Assembly: GCA_002633005.1 (NCBI GenBank)
Contig: NMRA01000103.1
Location: forward strand, 18,576 to 82,575
Reading direction: 5' to 3'
Origin: Phoronis australis
Taxonomy: Eukaryota > Animalia > Phoronida
Length of the DNA stretch: 64,000 bases
The first letter of the stretch is position 1. Every line of letters starts with the position of its first letter. Positions 25,201 to 37,200 of this stretch are shown in pieces. Both the position numbers and the translations under genes were made by a program. Below the pieces are notes generated by a model, which saw only the letters and a list, made by a program, of their open reading frames with translations, was not told the DNA's origin and did not search any database.

Positions 25201-28200
25201 GATGTGTACCTTTCCCCGACAAAAATCGGGAGGACTATAAAAAATCTCACATTCGTTAAGACGTCAGTAAGAGTGCGTATGTTGACCACTTCATCCATCA
25301 ACTGTTGTCTCACGTTAGTCTCGCTCACCAAGATTTCTTCAGTCTACAAATTGAAAGATGTTTTTTTATTGCTGCAATGGACAGTTACACAGCACTACAC
25401 TGACAACTGGGATCAAACACAGAGAAATGGACAATTTATCAAAAATTGTAAATAACACTGACTCCAGCAGTGGTTCGGAAGGAAATAATATTCTAAGAAC
25501 GTAATTGTAGTGTATGAGAAAAGGAAAAGTGCAAAGCTCAGAACCCTAAAAATAATTTGTATAACGATTAACTCAACTGAGCGTACCTCTTTAAGATAAC
25601 TAGAAATCCTTGATATCGCTTCCATGACAGAGTCCGCATATCCAGTATAGTCCTCACTTAGCAGGGTGCTGTTGGTATCATAAACATTATTGTTGCTGAT
25701 ATTGGTGTTCTTTTTGTTGTTGTTGTTGTTGTTGTTGTTGCATCTACGCTCCATTAAGCGAAGCTGAGCGTCAATATCACCAAATCCCTTTAACATTATG
25801 CAATGTACGTTTCATTAAGGTCACCTGCATCACACACACGAGCGCGCGCACGCACGCACACGCACACACAGTGGTATCAATCACCCACAAACATTACAAA
25901 CAAAAGTAATCAGACAAGATACCGTTTCCCAGTCATAACGGTTAATTCTGTAAACAGCAACAAGAGCAACGCAGAGCATTGAAATGCATCCATGAAGGCA
26001 CAGTGAGCTTTTAGGGGTGTATATTTGTATCACAGAAATAACCACTAGATGGCGCAAAATAAGTCGAATGGATCCAAAAACAAGTAAATAGAAAGCTACT
26101 TATCAAATATCATAAAAGCTGTCAAGAAACTTCAGAGGAACAGGAAAATGGAAAAAATGAAATTGCCACTAGGGGGGCAGGGCTCAACACTAACGGGTGC
26201 CCGATTGCCCGTGTACATGTAGATTTTGCGTCGGGCAAGTGGAATTTGAAAAGTACTTGCCCGATGGGCAAGTTAAAAAGCTGGCCACATAGGCAAATAG
26301 ATCCTAAGACTGTCTGCTCGACATTTGCTCCAAAGTAACGAACCCCGACACAAGCCTAAAAAGCGTCGAAAAAGCCCCTGTGGCAGTCAAAGAAACTCCC
26401 GTGTTCGAATGAGCACCGAAAGGAAAATAGAACGAGTGTGATGCAGCGTGCACAGATGACGCCCGCATTAAAATCCTTTCGATTCTCTAAACGTGCCCTG
26501 CTTCTGAATAAGTTGTCATGTGATACTACTGATCGTCTGCACTCTGGCAAAACGTCCAAACAAGGACAAATTGCTAAAAAACGAGTTCAGAAAGAATCAA
26601 AGCAACAATAAGAAACGAAAAGAGTGCGGGGATGGGTTCCGTCATGGGAAATTAGGTTTCCTGGCCTGAGAGACGGTGAACAAGGGATGACGTGTGATTT
26701 TTGCCAGCGTTTCCCAAGTACAGCTGGAAGCACCGCGTTCGTCGGCGGATGTAAGTCATACAGATAAGCGAAAAAGCTAAAAAGTGAATGACTGACCACA
26801 TATTTTCTACATTACACGCAAGTTTTTAAGGCCTGGTATTTATTCAGGGGGAATTCCAAAGGAAATTCTTATGAATTCCCGGCTCCCGGTGGCGACTCCC
26901 GAAAGAAGAGGAATACGGTCTCTGAATTGAAGGGTGACTTTTTCGCGGTCAATCTATTTTCCAAAAATGTATTTATTTATTGAAAACAAGAGCAATGCAG
27001 AGCGTTGAAATGCGCCCACAATTGCACCGCATACGGTATCCCTCTAGGGTTGTTTAGTGGTACCATAAAGTGGCCAGTAGAGGGCATATATGTAGTATGT
27101 TGTACTTAGCAAAATGGAAAGGCATGGTCATTATCTCCTCAATAGGCTAGGGGCAAAATGTGAGTAATCTTAATAATACAAGCACATCCTATACACCAGT
27201 TGTTTAAAGCAACACAGAAACATAGAATTAAAAACAAATTTACCAACATACGAGATTAGAACAGCATTAGAATGCCAGAAACAAATTTCTACTTGGAACT
27301 TTTCCTTCATAGTCACGAAGTAACACAAAGTATACACCTGAAGACCTATGAAAATACAGAGGTCAATGTAAAATACTAAAATTGCCACTAGAGGCAAATA
27401 CTAAAATTGCCACTGGAGGCATACCGGTAGTCAGAATCATCCTAAAGTCGTCATCGTCCGTTGTCAACATCACATAAATACACTTGCTAAATTTAGTAAA
27501 GATCCTGCAAACGGTTTGGGAGATACAGCCATGGGCGCAAAAAAACAAAACTGCCACTAGGAGGCGCCACAGTAGTCGAAATCGTCGGAAAATCATCGTC
27601 AACCGTCCTCTACATAGTAAGCATATACATGCCAATTTTCACAATCATCCTTTGAGCGGTTTGGTTGATAGAGGGGTGGACGCACAAAAACAGACTCGAA
27701 AACACTAAAAATGGCCACTAGGTGGCGCAAACTATGTCAAATCCATCTGAAAACAGCAGGATAGCGTCATCTCACTAATAGATGCCTATATACCAAATTT
27801 CATGAAAATCCGTTCAGGACTTTTGAAGATACAAAGGTAAGCGTAAAAAACTAAAATTGCCACTAGGGGGCACACCGGTAGTCGGATCAGTCCGAAAGTT
27901 CGCATATGGCGTCCCATTCATGAATGGAACATATGTGCCAAATTTCATGAACGTATGTCAAAGGGTTTTGGAGATAGAGCAGCGGATGCCGGACGCCGCC
28001 CGGACGGCCGGCCGGACAGAGATGACGGCATAATGCGTCCACATACATGTATAAATATGTGGGCGCATAATAAAAGTATATGTGGCATTATTATATGTTA
28101 AAATTTGATTTTAATTTTAACACAAGGCAACGATGACCAAAACTATGTAATATTTTTACGGATAGCAAAAATTCAAATTCAGCTTAAGCAACAACTCAAG

Positions 28201-31200
28201 TTTAATGCATGAGGGAGCATAAACTAATGAATACACAGTAGTGTCAAGAGTTCATGTCCTAACTAATTTCTGCGCCTTTGAACGTGAGACAATGGTTCAG
28301 ATACCATAGTTACTCTTCTATGATTTGTCTCTCTCATGTTTTGACACACCTTATAAATAAATGTTCTATAACAGTGGCGGATCTAGGTTAACACAAAGGG
28401 GGGGGCTCAACATTTTGTCTGTTAACATTTGCGCAAAGCACGATCATTGTAGATGCGCATAGCACCGGATGGAGGGAGGTCGGGAGGGGGGATTGCCCCA
28501 GGAAAAATTTTCTGTTTTTTTTCCTCTAAAGATCAAGCATTTTCCTAGATTCCTGAAGTATTATCCAAGAAAAAAGGCAAAGAAATAAAAAACACGGAGA
28601 ACGTGTCAAACTTGAAAAACTGCAATTACCACAGACTGAAACTCACGACCTGGCATTTAGAGCGTGCGTGCTTTACCACTACACCACCACGAATTTCACT
28701 CGTAATTTAACACTAAGAGACCTACTTGTTTATGGTCCACAGCGTTTGCGCGTGAAACCTACTTCTCTTTGTAATGTTTATTACACTTTTTATATTTTGT
28801 GCAATCAGTTCATAACAAATTTGTTGTATTTAAAATAGTCTTCAATTGCTCAAAAAACCAAATCCGTAATTTTGTGTTGGCATTAATGACGCGATTGCTT
28901 TGGAAATCGTCTTAAGGTTTGACAAAGAGAGAATTATGAGTTTCTGAGTGATTCACTAAGGCTTCCATTAAAATTGACATCTTACCAGCAGCTTTTGTTT
29001 TTTCAGCGTCACTCAGCTTCCATCTTCTTTAAAAAATGAAGTAAATTTTCGTCATTGCACAGTGGAGCAGACGACGGAAACGGGGTCGTAGTGCGCAGCG
29101 CCACTGCCGGTCGCCTGGGATATCGCGGGAGAGCCTATACTTAGCCATAGTTCCGTTACGAATGCGCCGCGTTCCGAATTTGACACGTGAAAATGGATCT
29201 GAGCCCTCTCCCTCCCCAAACACACTAAAACTGCACACATTTAAATCTTGTTTCTGCCGTATAATGTTAATTACCGAGGTTAATTAATAAACTCAACATT
29301 TCCCTTTGCTCTTGCTGTTTTATCTTTTGCGACAGCCAAGGGGAGGGGGGGGGGGGACAGATGCTCTGCCCCCCCTAAATCCGCCTATGTATAAGAAGAA
29401 TCGATAAAAAATAGCAACTCATGTATATAGCATGCACGACACAAGAGGAGGCTCAGCACGGGCAGCCCTACCGTAACAGATTACCTAGGTGTGCACATGC
29501 ACGGTGCTATTTGGGATTGTACTTGCGGCAAGTGAATTTGTTGTTCGGGCAAGTGGCTTAAAAAGTTAATGTTGAGCCCTGGGGGCTATGGGCGCAAAAA
29601 AACATAACTTCCACTAGGAGGCGCCACAGTAGTCAAAGTCGTCAGAAAATCATCGTCAAGTGACATCTTCACACTAAGAACATATATGCTAATTTTCACA
29701 ATCATGTTTAGAGTGATTTGGTTGATAGAGGGGTAGATGCAAAAAACAGATTATAAAAGAGTAAAAATGGCCACTAGATGGCACAACATACATCACGTCC
29801 ATCCGAAAACAGGAGCATGTCATCGTTTCAACAGATTACTATTTACCAAATTTCATAAAAATCTATCAAGGAGCTTGAATTAGGGAAAAAAGAGGAAAAC
29901 AGGAAAAATTTAAATTGCCACCAGGGGCACAGCATTTGTTGGATTTGTCTGAAAGTCGTCGCCGTTTGTTGACAACCTCACTTTTAAGTATTTAAAATAC
30001 ACTAACTAAATTTAATAATGATCCTGAAGAGAGCTTGGGAGCTACAGCCAGGGGCGTAAATAAAACAAAACTGCTACTAGGAGGCGCTAGAGTAGTTGAG
30101 GTCGTCGGAAAATCATTGACAGCCGTCCTCTTCAAAGTAGGAACATACAAGCCAATTTCCACAATCACCCTTAAAGTGGTTTGGTTGACAAAGGGGCGGA
30201 TGCCAAAAAACAGACTCAGAAACAAAACAAGAGCAACGCAGAGCGTTGAAATGCGCCCACAATAGTACCGTATACGGTATCCTTCTAGGGTTGTTTATTG
30301 GTACCATAAAGTGGCCAGTAAAGGGCATATATGTAGTATGTTGTACTTTGCAAGATGGAAAGGCATGGTCCTTGTCTCCTCAATAGGCTAGGAGCAAAAT
30401 GTGAGTGATCTTCATAATACAAGCACATCCTATACATCAGTTGCTTAAAGCACCACAGAAACATAGAATTTTAATTTACCAACATACGAGATTAGCACAG
30501 CATTAGAATGCCAGAAACAAATTTCTACTTGGAACTTTTCCTTCATAGTCACGAAGTAACACAAAGTATACACCTGAAGACCTATGAAAATACAGAGGTC
30601 AATGTGAAATACTTAAATTGCTACTAGAGGCATTCCGGTAGTCAGAATCATCCTAAAGTCGTCATCGTCCGTTGTCAACATCACACAAATACACTTGCTA
30701 AATTTAGCAAACGGTTTGGGAGATACAACCATGGGCGCAAAAAGAAAACTGCCACTAGGAGGCGCCACAGTAATCAAAGTCATGGGAAATTCAGCGTCAA
30801 CCGTCCTCTTTATAGTAAGAACATACATGCCAATTTTCACAATCATACTTAGAGCGGTTTGGTTGATAGAGGGGTGGACGCCAAAAAACGCAGTAAAAAT
30901 GGCCACTGGGTGTCGCAAACTAGGTCGAATCCATCCGAAAATGGGAGAATAGCGTCATCGCACTAATAGGTACCTACATAGCAAAATTTCATGAAAATCC
31001 GTTAAGGACTTGTGAAGATACAAAGGTAAACGTAAAAAAATAAAATTGCCACTAGGGGGCACACTGGTAAGCGGATCCGTCCAAAAGTCGTCATCGTCTG
31101 TTCTTAACATCATATAATTACACTTATTAAATTTCGTAAAGATCCTGCGAACGGTTTAGGAGATACAGCCATAGGCGCAAAAAAAAACAAAACTGCCACT

Positions 31201-34200
31201 AGGAGGTGCCACAGTAATCCAAATCGTCTGAAAATCATTGGCAGCTGTCTTCTTTATAGTAAGCACATACATGCCAATTTTCACAATCATCCTTTGAGTG
31301 GTTTGGTTGATAGAGGGGTGGACACAAAAATACAGACTCGAAAACAGTAAAAATGGCCACTAGGTGGCGCAAACTATGTCGAATCCATCTGAAAACGGGA
31401 GGATAGCGTCATCTGACTAATAGGTGCCTACATACCAAATTTCATGAAAATCCGTTCAGGACTTTTGAAGATACAAAGGTAAGCGTAAAAAACTAAAATT
31501 GCCACTAGGGGGCACACCGGTAGTCGGATCCGTTCGAAAGTCGTCATGTTCTGTTGTTAACATCATATAAATATACTTACACAATTTCGTAAAGATCCTG
31601 CGAACGGTTTAGGAGATACAGCCATAGGCGAAAAAAAACAACTGCCACTAGGAGGTGCCACAGTAGTCGAAATAGTCGGAAAATCATCGTCAACCGCCCT
31701 CTACATAGTAAGCATATACATGCCAATTTTCACCACCATCCTTTGAACGGTTTGGTTGATAGAGGGGTTGACGCACAAAAATAGACTCGAAAACACTAAA
31801 AATGGCCACCAGGTGGCGCAAACTATGTCGAATCCATCTGAAAACGGGAGGATAGCGTCATCTCACTAATAGGTGCCTACATATCAAATTTCATGAAAAT
31901 CTGTTCAGGACTTTTGAAGATACAAAGGTAAGCGTAAATAAATAAAATTGCCACTAGGGAGCACACCATTAGTCGGATCTGTCCGAAAGTTCGCACATGC
32001 CGTCCCATTCATGAATGGAACATATGTGCCAAATTTCATGAACATATGTCAAAGGGTTTTGGAGATAGAGCAGCGGACGCCGGACGGACGCCGCCCGTAC
32101 GGACGCCGCCCGTACGGACGGACCGAGATGACGGCATAATGCGTCCACATATAAATATGTGGGCGCATAAAAATTACCACTAGGTGATGCAAAATATCTT
32201 GAATTATTCTGAAAACAAATAGATATCATCACGTCACTAATAGATGCCTATCTGCCAAATTTTGATGGAAATCCGTTGAGGACCCTAATTTGAAGATACA
32301 GAGGTAAACGTAAAAATACTAAAATTGCCGCTAAGGGGCACACCGGTAGTCCGATCTGTCTGAAAGTCATCATCGTCCGTAGACAACCCCATATAAATTC
32401 ATTCGCTCAAATTTAATAAAGATCCTGCAGGTTGTTTAGGAGATACAGCCATAGGCGCAAAAACAAACAAAACTGCCACTAGGAGGCGCCACAATATTTG
32501 AAGTCGTCCGAAAATCATCTTTGGCTGTTTTCTTCACAGTAGGAACATATATGCCAATTTTCACAATCATCCTTACAGTGGTTTGATTGACCGAAGGGCG
32601 GATGCCAAACAACAGACTCAAAAACAGTAAACATAGGAACACATCTTCCAAATCTCATGAGGATTTTGTGAGGGATTTAGGATAGAGCTGCGGTCACCGG
32701 ACGCCCAGACAGAGATGACAGCAATATGCACCCAAATATAAATATGAGGGCGCATAAAAGTGACTGATTGGGCAGCAAAATTCTAATTAAAGAGCGGTTT
32801 AGCCCCTTTACCAACTTTCCTGGTATCGCTTCCATGACCGACAATGACGGGGAATTAAAATTCTCTGTCATTCTCAGTCATGAGGGACAATACTGTCACG
32901 TTGAATTTGGTTTGTCCAGCTGTCATGATGAGAATTCCAATTTATGTTGTCTGAATACTGCAGTATTCTTAGCATAGAAGAACAATACTGATATACAGTG
33001 ACTGTTCATCACAACTGCAAGTAGTCATCAATTCTAAAAATCCCTACCTACATGGAGTACTTGGATGTACAATTTGAAACCCTTGAAAGATTAAGCACAA
33101 ATGCTTGAAAGGTCAAGCACAAACCTGGCTAAATTGTGAAGAATTCTTTCCTCCAGTCAGGCGTGACTTGGTGCGTTTAACTTTGGCAGTGTCATTAATA
33201 GCTCCAGCTTTGGTAAATGAGGTGTCTGTAATAAAGTTTGGTAGGAACTAAGTGTCCAAGTTTGTTTGGTAAATGAGGTTTACACCACAATATTAGCCTC
33301 GAATGGCAGATACAACCGTGTAATAACTCATAAAGTTATATCACTAGTGAGATAACATTGAAACCGAGGCCGGATTCGAACCCGGGCCTCAAACGTTGCG
33401 AGTCGCCGACTTTACCACTACACTACTCAGCGGCTGACGTCATCGAACGTGAAAATAGAATACTTAAATCAGCACGCGCAACAATCGCATGTTCAGCAAA
33501 GGGCATTGCACCGACATTTATACGCTATGAAAAATTAAACGCATAATTTCCATCAAAACGATATTTTAATTCAGTGAAATTTTTCTCTTGTGTTCTCTCA
33601 CTTGTAAATCACCGATCTCCAATTTGAATGCGGGTATCGTGTCGTCAGGATCCTTTGACTTGAGCATTATACTCAGTTACTATTGGTAAGGGCTGTTCCA
33701 GTAAAATCCGTGTGGGAGGGGGGGGGACGGCAGTAGAAATAAAAATTCATGGGTGGTGGTCTTCAGAAAAAAACTCAAAATTATGGGTGGTCGTTCCTGT
33801 AAGAAGAGATGCATTAAAAATGGGTGGTATTTTTTGACCTGTTAATGTCGATAGGTTGGTTACTTCAGCCGTAAAACTAAAAAAAAATGCAATTGTCCTA
33901 ACTTATCCAAATACAAAAAAGCCCATATTGCCAGTGAACAGAGTGCAATATGTTCACTAAGCCATTAATCAAGTCATGGGCAACTCGATTTGAGCCAACT
34001 GTTTGTCTGCAGTCCTATTGAATTGAAAAGTTATGCAACACTGAACTGGTGTTAACACATATAAGAAAATTGATGATTTTTAAATAAAAAGTATGAGGAG
34101 TAAGATAAACAAGTTCCAATATTCACTTGACATAGAAGTATAGAAGAGTTCGTGGAGACAGTTTGAGATTCATAGATCCTTATAAATGAAAAAATGTTCA

Positions 34201-37200
34201 TTGAAATTATAGACACATGGTGAACAGAGACACCTGGTGGCTGCCAAAAGTATTGCTCACAGGCTACTTTAGTTTTTGACAATATTGGACAAGACAACTA
34301 GTTCTTGTCTGTCAGTCATCTAAGTTCTTAACAGGTCCTCCTGGAGGCAATTTGTTTGCAAGTGTTGGATTTTATATTTAAACCTATTAAAAATAATTAA
34401 AAAATTATGGGTCATGGGTTGGAGAAATAAATGAAAAATACGGGCGGTGGGTATGAAATAAAAGTGCCTTCCCCCCTCCCATACAGATTTTGCTGGAACA
34501 GCCCTAACCTACTTCAGCAGACGATATTTTCCCGGTCGAAGCTTAGCGTGATAAAATGTGTAGTAAGCTATATTAGTTGCTAAACCTTAATTTATAGATT
34601 TATTTTATTTCTATTTTGTTTAAATTTTTCAATTGGTTTTGACTATAAGCATTATTTGACAAAAATAGCTCGGCTCTTATTAAAAGGTCACGACTTCCGA
34701 CCCCGGGCCTCTGACATAGAAAGTAGTTACAAAGCCGAAGCGAGTCGAGAAAGGTAGATCGATTCATTGCAATGCTTCTCATTCAGTATGTGGTATAAAT
34801 AGATTATTACATGTTCTCAGCCGGGGGATAACGACTTCGCCATGTAATAATCTATATGTCTGTAATAAAGTTTGGTAAGAACTAAGTGTAGGAGGTTTTT
34901 TTCAAAAAGACAACAAAATTGTTAATAAAGTACAATAATAAATCCTCAGACACTACCAGTATTGTCATTAATATGTGACTACAGATACTACCCATACTGG
35001 ATAAATAGCCAATAACTGCATGAAACTCGTTTCTTAACCTAAGAAGTTAATGAAGGATTTCTAAAATACATAATTAGCAACTGGCTTTCTTCAGTTCCTA
35101 ACTGGATTGGCAAAACACTTAAGCACTACAGCAATATATTTGCATTTTTATATTTTATGCCCTAATGGCTCAGTCCAAGAATATCCCTGCTTGAAATGCC
35201 GCAGTGGTTCTTCTTAGAACTGGATTAGCCTAAATAGTAGGGGTGTCAGGTAGCGAACCTCACCCATAACCCACCGTCCAGCTTAGATGGGTCTGTAGCT
35301 GCCTGTTCCTCCTCCAAGTACTGCTTGAATCGCCGCAGATCCATAACTTCTTGGTACGTAGATTTCTCTTCAATACTGTCATCCCCTGTATCAAGCACAC
35401 CAACAGTGTAAGCAAATAAATGTTACGAGACCCTGTGCTAGTGTAAGCAAACGCACGTTATGGGGGCCCTGTGCTAGTTTAAAGGTATGGCATGGTTATC
35501 TCTAATTTTGTAATTTTCCAAGAGTTTCCTTTATCTATGGAAATTTCCGAGAGTTTTATACCTTTTTCTTTTTCAATGAGTAGGACTGGAAACCATGTTA
35601 CTGCAGACTGTCATGTCCTGTTATTCTACGTGTATGTATACGATTGTTCCCCGCCTGACAAGAAGATTAGTTACAATGTAATTCTTGCACCAGATGTCAT
35701 TCAGACTATTCTTGCACCGCCTTTTTCTAACGTCATTCCAAAAACATTTATGGAGGAGAAATTTCATACGGGTAATGTACATGCATTTAGTTATTTGACG
35801 TGATTTGGCTGGACTTGAGGCGATATCGGCGCAAGTACTCCTGTTTCTTGATACACAATAGTTTATTTACATTTTGTTAATTTTCCCCTGTTCTGTCAGC
35901 ATATTTAACTTTTTGAACACTTTCTATTGTATGCCCTTTGCCCGTCGCCATTTTCCTGGGCATTGTCTGGGGGGCTTTGGCTTCTTATCTCCATGGCATT
36001 GTATTATGCAACATGTAACTTTGAACACAGTTTATTTCTACTTAAACTGCTGAAAATAAAGGAGTAAATCCCCTGTTTTACTCCAACAGATCATGTTTAA
36101 CCTTCCTGTGCTATTAGTCACTTGCAGGGGTACAACATTTTGAGAACCAGTTTTCTCCACTGAATAACAGGAGCCAAACTGATTCTCAAAATGCGAGACC
36201 CATGCAAGTGACTATTTCCGCAGGAAGGTTCGACATGATTTCCGGCCCTACTCATGGAAGATGTATAAGATGACAGAAATACTTTCAAACTGGTTGTCAA
36301 AATGCTGACCCATGTATTTATCTAATGCCTTTGCAGCAATTGCTGAATTTTTAAGTCTTCCTCCATAAAAAAGCTGACCAGAGGAGATAACAAACTACCA
36401 GGTCTTCTTCTGAAGCCTTGAAATGACTTATAAACTGAGTATGGGATACAGTGAGACCACTGTCATAATCATGACAACTGACCTACTAAATCAAGGGTAG
36501 ATTTTACGACAGGAAGCACAGCTACACCACCTTTAAAGTCCTCCTTGCAAACTGCCCATGTGGTTTCAGAAAACACTTACTACATAAATTCTTATTTTCG
36601 ACACCCTTTCTTTATATTCTTTTCGCCTTTCTTGCCAAAAGCGATTTTTTAACAGTATTTGACCCTTCTCTCTGAGCGTATAATTCAGGGCTTGGAATGA
36701 CCAATGACAAAAAACGCGGAAACTTTTACGGCCCAAATCATGCGCGCGCTACTCAGCCTTGAAATGGTCGAAGAGAACCTTTCCCCGACAAAAGTCGGGA
36801 CTAAAAAAAAAAAACGTTACCACCATCAGTAGCATGCGTCTGCGTCCTTTTAGGTCGCCCGTCCACTCCCAATCCACACACTTTTGGCTGCAGAGCCGTA
36901 GTATTTGTCGCCGCGGTTTACAATAACACGAGACGCTATTGAAAATCCCACCACGCTATCCCAGATGCCCCGGCAATGTTGACAATTTACGTTCCTCCGA
37001 AACGTAAAGAGCAACTTCCGCTTTTCGAGGTGAACGTCGTCTGCAACGCCGCAGTAAGAAAAGACTTTGCCGCGGAAATTTTATATCAAATCCGATTTTT
37101 TTTACGCGGAAATATAATAAAATGCGCGGAAAGAACATTTGAAAAAAGCGGAAATCCGCGTTTCCGCGGAAAATTCCAAGCCCTGATGATTACCGGTTGT

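Larger units (their letters stand above)
26178..29581 (+). mobile_element. hAT-like non-autonomous element (TIR CAGGGCTCAAC) carrying nested insertions
   Basis: CAGGGCTCAAC...GTTGAGCCCTG; internal sequence matches 38998-40058 in reverse; subterminal TTGCCCG repeats. Confidence 0.75.
25959..32755 (-). mobile_element. Older HINE-like element split by nested insertions (own segments ~25959-26177, 29582-30225, 32171-32755)
   Basis: HINE termini at 25959 and 32755; the monomer sequence resumes across each insertion. Confidence 0.65.

Noticed and set aside
30226-32168. Regularly spaced CCACTAG motifs resembling a CRISPR array
   Set aside because: The 'spacers' are themselves repeated, the context is eukaryotic and there are no cas genes
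33360-33435. tRNA gene on the minus strand
   Set aside because: A and B boxes are present but the anticodon and acceptor stems pair poorly; treated as SINE-derived, as are 12748-12820 and 50969-51033
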